Positions 25,612 to 37,606 of a stretch of 64,000 nucleotides of DNA are shown one piece after another. The notes under the pieces were generated by a model, which ran no database searches, was not told where the DNA came from, and worked only from the letters and a program-made list of their open reading frames with translations. The position numbers and the translations under genes were made by a program. Origin of the DNA: Octopus sinensis (Eukaryota); the NCBI RefSeq assembly GCF_006345805.1, contig NW_021833783.1:1-64000 (forward strand). Direction: 5' to 3'. Position 1 is the stretch's first letter. Each line of letters starts with the position of its first letter.

Positions 25612-26857
25612 ATAATATCGACTACTTCCATTTCTTGATTTGGTGTCTGAAATAGAAACTGTTATTAACTGGCCGAATCAAAAGAACGTCATCTCCAAAA
25701 ATGCTTTGCGCTATTTGATCCTACACATTACATCCAAAGTTCAAGTTTTCGTTTCATCTTTTCGGAGTCGAAGCAATAAAGTAACACTAAGTTACTTGTT
25801 ATTAAATGAACCCTTCCCTTGCATATTACTGGCCTGTGCTTCAGTTAGAAATCATTGTTAGTTACAGCCTAAGCTCAAATCCTGACGCGGTCAACTTTGC
25901 CTTACTTCCAAGAAGAGTATGATAAGTAGTCGATGGAATTGTCTAATTTCTCTCCAGAAATATTTGGTCATGCGCTCATGTTTTAAATAATTGTTGTTGT
26001 TCATAGTGAGGGTGGTCTATTTACAGAATTGTTAGAACGTGTGACAACGTGCATTGCAGTAATTCAGTTCAAATGCTGTCGTGGTCAACTTTGCCTTTCG
26101 TTTTCCTGAAGCCAATAGAATGACACCAGTCAGATTACTGGGCTGGTGTAAATTGAATGCTACCATCCATTTTTTACTTTGTGCCTATGTTAAGAACAGT
26201 TATCACTGGCGTGCTATTTTACTATTTGCGGCTGCTCTTTCTGTAACCGTCCGTGTTGCTATTGATATCGTTGTTGTTCTCTGACCTTTTAGTCCTATGA
26301 TCAAAAACATATTCCGCACCTGACCATCCCATGGTAGCTAGTTTTTAGATGCAGTGTAGCTAGAATCATATAGTCCATCTCGAAACAACCCCCGCCCCCC
26401 GTTAGAGTGTGATTTGAATAAAATATGGCTATTATTTCCACCAACTGGAATGACCACATAGAGGCTCTTTGTTATTACTACTGTTGCTGTTACTACTTAA
26501 GCAAATTTCTGCTGCACTCATTGCAGATGAACTACCACCTCTACTGCTGCTGCTGCTGCTACTGCTACTGCCACTTCTACTGTTGCTGCCATTATTGAAG
26601 TGGAGGAAGAATGGATCAAAGATAAGAACTAATTAATTATTTATATAAAGATAGCTTTATTAACTCTGCTACAGCAAACCGTGGTCATAAAACATCAGAA
26701 GGAGCAACAGCAGCAGCAGCAGCACGTGAAATATCGTTAGCAAAGACAGTAACAGCTGCTGCGGTAACAGCAAGCGGTATAACAGCAGTAGCAATAGCTG
26801 CATCAACAAGAGAACAGTGTACGGGTGGTGAGCTAATGTCTGTAGAGCAAGTGGTGT

Positions 26858-27225
26858 GGAGGCGCAATGGCCCAGTGATTAGGGCAGCGGACTCGCGGTC
26901 ATAAGATCGCGGTTTCGATTCCCAGACCGGGCGTTGTGAGTGTTTATTGAGCGAAAACACCTAAAAGCTCCACGAGGCTCCGGCAGGGGATGGTGGTGAT
27001 CCCTGCTGTACTCTTTCACCACAACTTTCTCTCACTCTTACTTCCTGTTTCTGTTGTAGCCGACCTTGTCACTCTCTGTGCTACGCTGAATATCCCCGAG
27101 AACTAAGTTAAGGGTACACGTGTCTGTGGAGTGCTCAGCCACTTACACGTTAATTTCACGAGCAGGCTGTTCCGTTGATTCGGATCAACCGGAACCCTCG
27201 TCGTCGTAACCGACGGAGTGCTTCC
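26858..27225 (+). mobile_element. SINE: head C + tail T1
   Basis: Near-identical to 60123-60507 apart from a short internal deletion. Confidence 0.92.
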
Positions 27226-28350
27226 CCCAGAGCAAGTGGTAGGCAGCCCGGTAAACTGGGACCACACAACACGGTTTCAGTCCTAAGCAGTAACCATTTC
27301 ATTTCACTTTTCACCGTTAATGTCATTAAAGAAAACAATGAACGACTCAGCATCACATATTCTATATCTTAGCATCATGTAGCGAACTGAACTCACGACT
27401 TGAGATTGGGATTTTTGATTGATTCAATTTTTACCTACATTAATGAAGTCTTTTAGAATCGGCCGACTTCACAATGCCATAAGTTCAGGGCCAGTGCTTT
27501 GTCAAATGCAACTCAATAGCTGTAGTATTAGTACGATTAGTGGTGGTATTAGTGTAGTTGTTTAGTATCAGGTCACCCTTGGTTGTTGTGCTGGTCTATC
27601 TCGTACCAGTTGCATATCTAAAACTACACTGTCCGAAAATTCCTTATATCTTCGTTTCTTTTTTACATTTTTATGACTATAGGATATGATTTCAGGGATT
27701 TGGGATCTGCAGCGTAAAGGCTCTCTCGTTGATTCGTGAGTCACACTGGAAAGCTGATGAAGAGTAAAAAGTAAGCTCTGGGGAATTACGATGAAGAGTA
27801 AAAAGTCAGCTCAAGCGAACTGTGACTTCAATTCCTAATTGAATCCATTTCACTTCATTTACACCCTTAATGTTTTCATGAAAATCACACTCCAATAGTT
27901 TCTAAACGAAAGCTCCTGAAAAAATTGTAATTCACTGTCAGGTTTAAAGTCATTTTGATAAGTGCTGTGCACGAAACTTTCGTCCCTTGAGTCATATTTG
28001 TAACTTTCTATCAATCAAAAATAATAAAAGGCATTGTTGATGTCTTAAGAATTATTAAACTTTCGAGAGAACGTGAAATAATTCTTTCTTTCGAACAGTG
28101 CAATCTTTCGAATTTCACTGTTCATTTTAGAAACTTGATTCCTCCCAGCGATAATTGTATGTTGTTAACGTCATAAGAATTTATATATCATATATGTTTA
28201 AGCAGCAAATCTCGAAGCAGATACAGGTATAAATAACAGCTCATAAATACTGGGTAGAAAAACCTTTTAAAACAGAAAAAGTCGATACTATTATGCATAA
28301 ATTTTACCTGCTTCGAGAACCAGTATTCCAAAAAATAAGAGGTTCGTATG

Positions 28351-28386
<36 letters not shown>

Positions 28387-28394
<8 letters not shown>

Positions 28395-28707
28395 ATATTT
28401 CGGAATGGTCATTTTGCCAGTTTAGCCAATAAAAACACACGCACTATATATTTGGTGTTACTTTGCTTCAGTGTTATTTATTTTTACAAAATGGCTGACG
28501 GTTAGTAAGGAGAGACACAAATAAGTGAGAGGAAAACAAAGGACCACTGATGCGGTCACAGGAGTGTGACGAAAGAACTCTGGCCGAAATAAGATTAAGA
28601 TTAATGTAAAAAATAAATAACACTGAAGCAAAGTAACACCAAATATATAGTGCGTGTGTTTTTATTGGCTAAACTGGCAAAATGACCATTCCTAAATACA
28701 ACAATAT
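28387..28707. repeat. About 102-bp inverted repeat with 116-bp spacer (probable Penelope-related foldback)
   Basis: 28387-28488 vs reverse complement of 28605-28707: 2 mismatches and 1 indel. Confidence 0.9.
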
Positions 28708-28761
28708 CTGTTTCAACACACGACTTCACATAAAAAATCTTGCACAACAAATATTTAAACG

Positions 28762-28806
<45 letters not shown>

Positions 28807-28889
28807 GTATATATACCACAAACACACACTCACACACGCACGCACACATTCACACACACATATACTGATCATCTTTACACTCTCCTCTC

Positions 28890-29090
28890 CTAAAAATCCA
28901 ACTGCCGAATCTCTTTCTATTTCCGGTCACTTCAGCAATGTAGCTACATCTGTGCCGTTGGCGATTTCTTTTCAATCTTTGGACTTTTCCCTTTCCCCTT
29001 TCCGACGAAGGGCTATGCTCGAAGCGTCAAACTCCCTCCTTCCACCGAGCGCCAACTTAATACATGTCTTGTGCGTGACGTCACGTTCAA
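28890..29090. promoter_or_regulatory. CpG-rich promoter/5'UTR-like island with full CRE palindrome
   Basis: Unique CpG-retaining sequence; CGTGACGTCACG at 29074-29085 contains TGACGTCA. Confidence 0.3.
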
Positions 29091-29180
29091 TTTTTTCTTT
29101 TTCGTTTTTTCCGTTTTTTTATTTTTGATTTCTTTTCGCTGTTTTATTTGGGTTTTTTTAACTGTTTGCTTATTTAAATT

Positions 29181-29244
<64 letters not shown>

Positions 29245-29766
29245 TATGTATTGTCCCTCTACTTCTACTTCTCTCTCTTCTCTTCCCACGTGACCGGCGT
29301 TCGGCCAAGTCTGTTCTTTCTTGGTCTGGCCGTTGTTGGTGCAACATCGATATTCCTCCCTGTGTTTGTGTAATTTTGTATCCCCCACACGCCAGCTTAA
29401 TTTAATTCGTCCTTAGTCGAAAGACACTTGTTGTTATGTCTTGTTGGTTGTTATTTTCATTGTATTTGTGTAACCTTGTCCGTTATTTTCTGTCCTTGAT
29501 TTTGTATACCTTTGCTGCTTCTTTCCAGGGAATCTAATGCTCATAGCTTAGGTTTTCCTTGGGGCTGGCCAGATTGGAGCAATCTCAAGTATAATCAGCC
29601 GAAATTGTGAAGATAATCTGATACTTGACTGAGGAAAGAAAACTTCGAATGACACGTCCTTATTTTCTTAGTATCGTCTATCTGGATATTTTGTTGTCCC
29701 ATTTTTGTATCACCTAACTGTCCAGATGTTTTGCGTTCTTGTCCCATTTTGTATTATATATATATA

Positions 29767-29995
29767 CTAGCAGTATTGCCCGGCGTTGCGGTTTGTTTAG
29801 GCCCTTTAGAATTGGAATTTTTGAAAAGTAAAAATTTGGCAGTATGTAGCTTGTTATTCTCTTTAAGTGAAATACACCAATAAATGGCGACACAGCAGTC
29901 AAAACATCGTAAAAAATAGGGATTTTCATAGAAAAAAGGCACCTTTTTGATGTAAATAATTTTTGGTGTTAACATGGTCCGATTTGAAGTTTTTA
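29767..29995 (-). mobile_element. Helitron-like non-autonomous 3' end
   Basis: Minus strand ends gcaacgccgggcaatactgCTAG followed by T, the Helitron 3' signature; subterminal hairpin appears partly deleted. Confidence 0.5.
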
Positions 29996-31117
29996 TTCTT
30001 TGCCGAATTTCCACAATGTTTACAGCGATTCGTTTTTATATTTTTATTTTTTTATTTTTCATGCAATTTACGCATGCTTACATGCGTGGTGAACACAGTT
30101 CACGTCTAACAGCTGACTGTGTAAAGTTCACTATTCAATGCAAGGCATAAGGCCTAAACAAACACATTATCGATTTTTGCACTTTCGAGATGAATTTCGG
30201 AACAGAAATACACTACTGGTCCCTGTTATGCCAGTAGTGTATTGATGTATAAACGACAATCTATGGGATTTAAGAACTCAATTAAATACACATCGAAGAT
30301 CTCCAATACCATATTACAATGCAGAAAATTCTGGTTAGATAAACTTGCATGTATATACAGAATCGTCCAAGACAATAGTTGAGAATGAAAAGCAGGAAAG
30401 CATAAATATCATATTGAATAATATAGTTAATTATATAAACTCGTTTAATTACAGATGATCATAGTAGGAATGCCTTAGATGATAGATTTATTCCATCAAG
30501 TTTGACTTGGAATGAAATAACAACAGCAATAACTTATCACTTACCGAGCCAGCCTTTAAGCGATAGTACAACCTGCTGAAGCTCGTAACCAAATTTCTCT
30601 CAAATCACGCAGCACAGTTTGAACTAGTAGGACAAGTACTTAGGAAATGTCGTCCTTCGAGACACATATATAAGACATAATGGTTACGGCTAGAATGCTT
30701 TCGATCATAAACCAGAGGTCCCTTGGGGATAAACAACAACACCAGCAATAGTCCTTTCATTAAGACGTTGGGTAATGGGTCTTGTCCAAGTCATTAGCAC
30801 TGAGCAACTGTTCATTAATCCATTTAATAATGAACAATCAAGTATCGGGAACAAGCGTTCGGAACGTGGTAGCTCAATTTCCTAGAAACAGAAAGCAGAC
30901 CAAACTCGTATATCATACCCGACAGTCTTAAGAAAGGGAAGGCATACAAACTACACCTAGGTACTAAAAAACAACCGGAGTATTACAGATCATATGGAAG
31001 ACAATTTCAAGACTTTAACAATTAATTATATAAAGAAATATATAAAGAGATGCGGTAGTCTCAGATCATGAAATACTTAAATTTTTGCCTAGGCAAAAAT
31101 CTAATCTTTATTGCAAA

Positions 31118-31310
31118 ATAATAATAATAATAAGAATAATAATAATAATATAAAAAATAATAATAATAATAATAATAATAATAAGAATTGAGAAGAAGAG
31201 AAGAAGAAGAAGAAGAAGAAAGAAGAAGAAGAAGAAAGATAGAAGAAGAAGAAGAAGAAGAAGAAGAAGAAGAAGAAGAAGAAGAAGAAGAAGAAGAAGA
31301 AGAAGAAGAA
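31118..31310. repeat. (AAT)n switching to (GAA)n microsatellite
   Basis: Direct reading. Confidence 0.95.
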
Positions 31311-31770
31311 TGATAAAATTCAGGTTTTGCTAGATGTTTTCAAAGAAGTTGGGGTTGTGTCCCAGAATGGCCGCAGACCGATGACTGAAACACGTAACAG
31401 ATAAATGATAAAAGAATACAAACTGCTTAATTGCTAATTTCTTAATTTCTTGCAATCAGTGGCCTTTTGTAGGATAAACTGAGACAGTTGTTACTCGATT
31501 TTTGCTTCGTTCCTCAAATAAGAAGCAAATTTCAATTTATGGAGATAATACTTCGAGCACGCTCTTCAGTATGTCGCTGCCAACATGGATTATATAAATT
31601 CATGCCATTGGTCAAAGTATGTTATTCCGCTTATATTATGTGTGCGCATATGTGTGTGTGTGAGACAGTCTGTGAGAGTGTGTTTGTGTGTGTAGGTGCC
31701 ACACACTCTATGCACAAGCACACAAACACACATATGTCTGACTGCCACCACACACACACATATGTCTGAC

Positions 31771-31998
31771 GGCGAGCTGGCAGAAACGTTAGCACGCCGG
31801 GCGAAATGCGTAGCCGTATTTCGTCTGTCGTTACGTTCTGAGTTCAAATTCCGCTGAGGTCGACTTTGCCTTTCATCCTTTCGGGGTCGATAAATTAAGT
31901 ACCAGTTTCCAACTGGAGTCGATGTAATCGACTTAATTCCTTTGTCTGTCCTTGTTTGTCCCCTTCTATATTTAGCCCCTTGTGGGCAGTAAAGAAAT
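31771..31998 (+). mobile_element. Family B SINE with 41-44-bp flanking duplication
   Basis: Family B sequence; flanks 31730-31770 and 31999-32042 are imperfect direct repeats. Confidence 0.92.
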
Positions 31999-32249
31999 AC
32001 ATATGTCTGACTGCCACACACACACACATACATATGCCTGACGCAAACAAGCTTCAAAAATGACACAAGAACACGCATGCACACATGCTACTCGCACAAA
32101 CTATACACGCGCACATTAGCTGCTATATACATACATTTGCGTGCGTGCACATACCAAAAAAACAGACACATCTGATAGCCTCAAACACATACTTTACGCA
32201 GCCTCACACACTCCTACAGATATACAAACGCCCACAAACATCCACATAT

Positions 32250-32483
32250 TTATTTCTTTACTACCCACAAGGGGCTAGACACAGAGGGGAAAAACAAGGA
32301 CAGACAAACGGATTAAGTCGATTCCATCGACCCCAGTGAGTAACTGGTACTTTATTTATCGACCCCGAAAGGATGAAAGGCAAAGTCAACCTAGGCGGAA
32401 TTTGAACTCAGAACGTAACGGCAGACGAAATACGGCTACGCATTTCGCCCGGCGTGCTAACGTTTCTGCCAGCTCGCCGCCTT
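32250..32483 (-). mobile_element. Family B SINE, 15-bp TSD
   Basis: CAAACATCCACATAT at 32235-49 and 32484-98. Confidence 0.93.
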
Positions 32484-32934
32484 CAAACATCCACATATAA
32501 ATACACGTACCACACACATACACCGTTCTACACACGTGCACGTACTTGTTTACTCACACACTCGCGCGCGTATGCACAAGCACACGCGCATACATACACC
32601 GGCTCAGATAATCTTCATACTCAGATACATACTCGCTCACATTCACATACGCACGCGCACACTCATACGCACATATACACATGCACACATTTCCCTCACT
32701 TACACATCCTTGAGCACACACTTTAGCCAAGTTACTGTTGCTTCTTTTGCTATCAACAACTTCCTTGCTTCCGGTCAATTTAACATATCAAACCATTAAT
32801 CCAGATAAGTTTATTTCTCTCTTGCTTGTATTTCTACCCTCTTTCTTTTTTTCCCTCTCATTCCTTTCTGTAGAAGAGCGTCAGGTTGAAAGAGCGTCAG
32901 GTCCAAACTCTTCCAAATTTTCTGTGTCAAAGAA

Positions 32935-33337
32935 AGTGGCTGTGTGGTAAGTAGCTTGCTAACCAACCACATGGTTCCGGGTTCAGTCCCACTGCGTGGC
33001 ATCTTGGGCAAGTGTCTTCTGCTATAGCCCCGGGCCGACCAATGCCTTGTGAGTGGATTTGGTAGACGAAAGAAACTGAAAGAAGCCTGTCGTATATATG
33101 TATATATATATATGTATGTGTGTGTGTGTTTGTGTGTCCCCCTAGCATTGCTTGACAACCGATGCTGGTGTGTTTACGTCCTCGTCACTTAGCGGTTCGG
33201 CAAAAGAGACCGATAGAATAAGTACTGGGCTTACAAAGATAAGTCCCGGGGTCGATTTGCTCGACTAAAGGCGGTGCTCCAGCATGGCCGCAGTCAAATG
33301 ACTGAAACAAGTAAAAGAGTAAAAGAGTAAAGAGTAA
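32935..33337 (+). mobile_element. Family A SINE lacking first ~10 nt
   Basis: gtggctgtgtggtaagtagc head through gtaaaagagtaaaagag tail. Confidence 0.93.
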
Positions 33338-33653
33338 ACTAATACACTTTGTTGTTTCTCCACCTGTTTCTGTCATCTAATTTGAGGTTGTGAGAGGTAA
33401 TGGTGTCAGTAAGACCCAAAGGTGTCAGGTAATGCTGAGTAAGTGCTTTGGATAGACTATAGTTAAGCTACTGGTTCGGTGATTATGCGAATAAGGAGTC
33501 CAACGTATATATGAGTCCAGCATGTGTATATATGAAATTCTTTTTTCAGAATGAGATAAAAATACCAAGGCTATGAAGATTTTATAACATTTATAAATGT
33601 TCTAAAATCTTCACAGCCTTGCTTTTTTTATGTCATTCTGAAAAAAGAAGTTC

Positions 33654-33654
<1 letters not shown>

Positions 33655-33686
<32 letters not shown>

Positions 33687-33750
33687 TGTATGTATGTATG
33701 TATGTATACATACATATACATACATACATACAGATGGATAGGTAGATAGA

Positions 33751-33833
<83 letters not shown>

Positions 33834-33851
33834 GCAGATAGATAGGTAGGG

Positions 33852-33916
<65 letters not shown>

Positions 33917-33917
33917 A

Positions 33918-33980
<63 letters not shown>

Positions 33981-33981
33981 T
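33655..33981. repeat. (TATG)n-(GATA/GACA)n compound tetranucleotide array
   Basis: Direct reading. Confidence 0.96.
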
Positions 33982-34059
33982 GGATTCTTGCATTATGCAA
34001 GTAACGTGTTGCCTAAAATTCCTCATAGCGTGATTTTTTAAATAATAATAATAATAATT

Positions 34060-34740
34060 CTCGCCTGGCAGTGCTACAGAGGGGCGCTGCCTGTTCGAGA
34101 TAAACTCTATCGGCACGGAAGTACCATCAGCCGGGCCTGCCCGAGGTGCGTCCGCGACGAAACCGTTCTGCACGCACTCGTGCAGTACCCAAGTATTGCT
34201 GACCTGTGGGTTTATGTCGAACAGCTACTGTCGCGTATAGGACGGATCCGGCTATCAGCTGAATCCATAGTGAAGATTGCCCCGCCGACCTCCTTCAACC
34301 GGGAGGACAAGGCAATTTTCCTCTGTCTAGTGGCTGTAGCGAAAAAGGTGGGATGGTGGACACGTTTGAAAGGGCTAAAATCAGACACTTTCCTCTTTGG
34401 CCAAGATCTCATCATTGAAAGGTGGGTGAATGTCGGAAGAATGGCCAGTGTGAACGGACCAATTCTGAGGATACACCTATAAAAGGGTGTTATAAAAGGA
34501 GAAAGGGGCTCTCTACCCCCCTTTTTCACCAGGCTCCCGTGGCTTTTATGGGTTTTTCCAGGAGTAACCTTTCGAAGCGCCTCCCCCTATTTGGAGTTTG
34601 TACTTGTTATATTTTCGTTATCTTGCATTTTTACATGGACTTTTCAAACGGACAAAACTCTTTTTGTAACTTTCGTCTTGTATTTTGTCCTTACATGTTT
34701 TATTTGATTTTTGGTAGCCCTTGTGGCCAATAAACGAATT
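34060..34740 (+). mobile_element. 3' end of a Tx1/L1-group LINE (zf-RVT-like region plus 3'UTR)
   Basis: Open frame LAWQCYRGALPVRDKLYRHGSTISRACPRCVRDETVLHALVQYPSIADLW (CxxC..H..C knuckle, last C mutated), then AATAAA near 34729 and (TAT)n tail. Confidence 0.8.
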
Positions 34741-34745
34741 AATTA

Positions 34746-34790
<45 letters not shown>

Positions 34791-34803
34791 TATTATTATT
34801 ATA

Positions 34804-35066
34804 AATGGCAGAAATTCAAAAGATAGTGCTCGTAGGAACTGCCCATATCCTACGCAAAATACTTTCTATGTAATCTCAAGTTGTAAAACAAACACATAAT
34901 TTTCTTATGTTTTCTTAAACATTCTCTAGAACAACGCTATGTACAAAACCAAATATATGGCACCCTAGACATAGCACCAACATGAACTTCCAACTTGTTG
35001 TCTCTTGAGGTCTCTGTGTAAGACTTGGAGCCAACTTGTACAAATGTAAAGCAAAAGTCAAACATA
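34804..35066 (+). mobile_element. 3' terminal piece of an R4/Dong-like (restriction-like endonuclease) LINE
   Basis: MAEIQKIVLVGTAHILRKILSM-stop resembles the conserved C-terminal QKxxLLGTARILRK motif; bounded by (TAT)n and (AGA)n. Confidence 0.6.
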
Positions 35067-35169
35067 AGAGAAGAAGAAGAAGAAAAAGAAGAAGAAGAAG
35101 AAGAAGAAGAAGAAGAAGAAGAAGAAGAAGAAGAAGAAGAAGAAGAAGAAGAAGAAGAAGAAGAAGAAG

Positions 35170-35570
35170 AATGGTAATAATCGCTTTGCCCACGAACTGG
35201 AGATTCAATCTTAGGAATGAGCAAGTGTCTCCGATGTACCGCATCTGCAATAGAGTAGATAAAACCATTGCCCATATTATGAACGAACGCCTTAGACTTG
35301 CCCAAAACCACTTCAAGTTCTCGCGACACGACCAAGTAGCGAAAATGCTTCATTGGAAACTGTGCGAAAAGTGGGGCCAGAGAGAGGCAAAACATGAAAT
35401 GATGACAAACCACAGAGATTGGCAGAGTCGAACACTAGCAAAATCTTCAGGGATTTCCCAATCCAAACAGATCAGGTGCTAGAGCATAACAGACCGGACC
35501 TAGTGCTGGTGGATAAGGTGCACCGCATATGCTATATAGTTGGCGTTGTATGCCCCTCTAACCCACGAAC
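35170..35570 (+). mobile_element. R4/Dong-like LINE restriction-like endonuclease fragment
   Basis: Degenerate CCHC (YRICNRVDKTIAHIMN), RHDQVAKMLHWKLC, and in a shifted frame DFPIQTDQVLEHNRPDLVLVDK (PD-D motif). Confidence 0.8.
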
Positions 35571-35599
35571 AGTCAAGAAGGCCTGGCCCTCTCAAGGTA

Positions 35600-36110
35600 T
35601 GGACGACAATTCTTTTTGCTCCGCTCGTCGTTCATAAAAAAATCCGCGTTCGCAATACTTTTTTTCGTTCGGCGTTAACAGCCCTTCTTATCTTGTTTTT
35701 CCTTGTCCTGTCTTTTACTGTTTATAATTTGTACTGTCGTTACTGTCCTGTTTTTGTTACCATTTTTTACCCCTCCGCGAAAAGATCTCAGAATTTTAAT
35801 TGATTTGCTTTTCGCAGGAAGGAAAGTTTCTTGTCGAAGATACGTCTCGCTTTCACCTTCGAAACGTAGAATAGATGAAACCATAGCGACTGAAGAAGGG
35901 TTTTTTTTCTTTGTGTTAATTGTCCTGTACTCTATTTTTTGTTGTTTAAAAATGTCCAGTTCCTTGGGTTTGTGTCTATGTTTTCGTTTCTCATTGTGTT
36001 CGACGTCCTTTTGGTGTCCTGTACTCATATATGCGTGTATATGTACATGTAGAGGTAGGTACGTACATATATGTTTATATATATGCATATGTATATTTTA
36101 TTTATTAATA
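35600..36110. mobile_element. Family D dispersed repeat (opposite orientation to 13225 copy)
   Basis: 35880-36110 is the reverse complement of 13230-13460 at high similarity. Confidence 0.65.
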
Positions 36111-36150
36111 TATATATTATATATATATGTGTGTGTGTGTGTGTGTATAT

Positions 36151-36424
36151 GGAGGCGCAATGGCCCGGTTGTTAGGGTAGCGGACTCGCGGTTTCGATTC
36201 CCAGACCGGGCATTGTGAGTGTTTATTGAGCCAAAACACCTAAAGCTCCATGAGGCTCCGGCAGGGGATGGTGGCGATCCCTGCTGTACTCTTTCGCCGC
36301 AACTTTCTCTTGCTCTTTCTTCTGTTGGCCTGCTCGCTTAGCCAGCGGGGTGGCGTCATTTAAAGGCTAAAACAAGGCGAAGCGCATTGTGACCAGCGAT
36401 GTGTAGCAACATCTGATAACCTGG
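36151..36424 (+). mobile_element. SINE: head C + tail T3
   Basis: Head as 24110; tail gcattgtgaccagcgatgtgtagcaacatctg. Confidence 0.85.
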
Positions 36425-36440
36425 AAAAAAAGAAAAAAGA

Positions 36441-36489
<49 letters not shown>

Positions 36490-36498
36490 TACACACAT

Positions 36499-36799
36499 TG
36501 TTTGTTCCTTCTCGAGCCACGCCTGGCTCATAAGGGCCGGTTTCCCGGTTTCCTTGGCGTATAGGTTCCCCACCTGGACGGGACGCCTGTCCGTCGCAGA
36601 TGAGCTGCAGGATGCAAGAGGAAGGAGTGAGAGAAAGTTGTGGCGAAAGAGTAAGCAGAAGTTTCGCCAATACCTTCTGCCGGAGCCGAGTGGAGCTTAG
36701 GTATTTCGCTCATAAGCACACACATCGCCCGGTCTGAGATTCGAACCCGCGATCCCTCGACCGCGAGTCCGCTGCTCTAACCACTATGGCCATGTGCCT

Positions 36800-36801
<2 letters not shown>
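36499..36801 (-). mobile_element. SINE: head C + tail T2
   Basis: Head ggaggcacatggccatagtggttagagcagcggactcgcgg; tail gcgtcccgtccaggtggggaacc...gaaaccgggaaaccgg. Confidence 0.85.
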
Positions 36802-36842
<41 letters not shown>

Positions 36843-36849
36843 GATATAT

Positions 36850-36881
<32 letters not shown>

Positions 36882-37575
36882 GTACACATACACACACCTC
36901 TATGCAAGTATATATATATATGTGTGCGTATGTGTATATATGTGTGCCTGTGTGTATGTGGGTGTGTTGTTTTTGTATTTGTACACTACCACAGCTTAAC
37001 AACTGGCGTTTGTTTATTTACATCCCGTTACTTTGGGGTCCCACAAAAGAGTACAATGGAATAAATCTCAGGCTTATGAAAAAATTAGTACTGGTGTTGA
37101 TTTGTTCAACTAAACACTTCCAGCGGGGGGATGTGCGGGGGGAGCATGGCAGCAATCCAATGGTTAAAACAAGTAAATGATAAACGATCTTAGAGAGACA
37201 ACACATATATGTGTGTGTATACATAGATATGTATACATACATACATACACACATAGAGATATATACTCACACACATGCACACACACATATATATGCCACA
37301 TAAACAAGCACTTACACTTAAACGGCATGTAAGGAAAATTGGCTTCAGCTCTGTTGCTCTGTTGCTGTAATATAAATAGCCAAGTTCACCTGGTGGTCAA
37401 TTGTTTCAGGTCCATCAATCATTTCTCCACCGAGAAAAACATTTCTTACCATATTTTGTCGAATATGTAATTGACCATTAATAAATAATAAATAGGAGCT
37501 CGATTGTATTTTATTACATAGTATGAGATTTTTTTTCGTTCTACATCACGCCATAACTGATTATTATACACACAC

Positions 37576-37606
<31 letters not shown>

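Noticed and set aside
29629-29655. CTGAGGA-AAG-AAAA-CTT-CGAA as a hammerhead
   Set aside because: GAAA box incomplete and no supporting stem I; at best a heavily decayed remnant.
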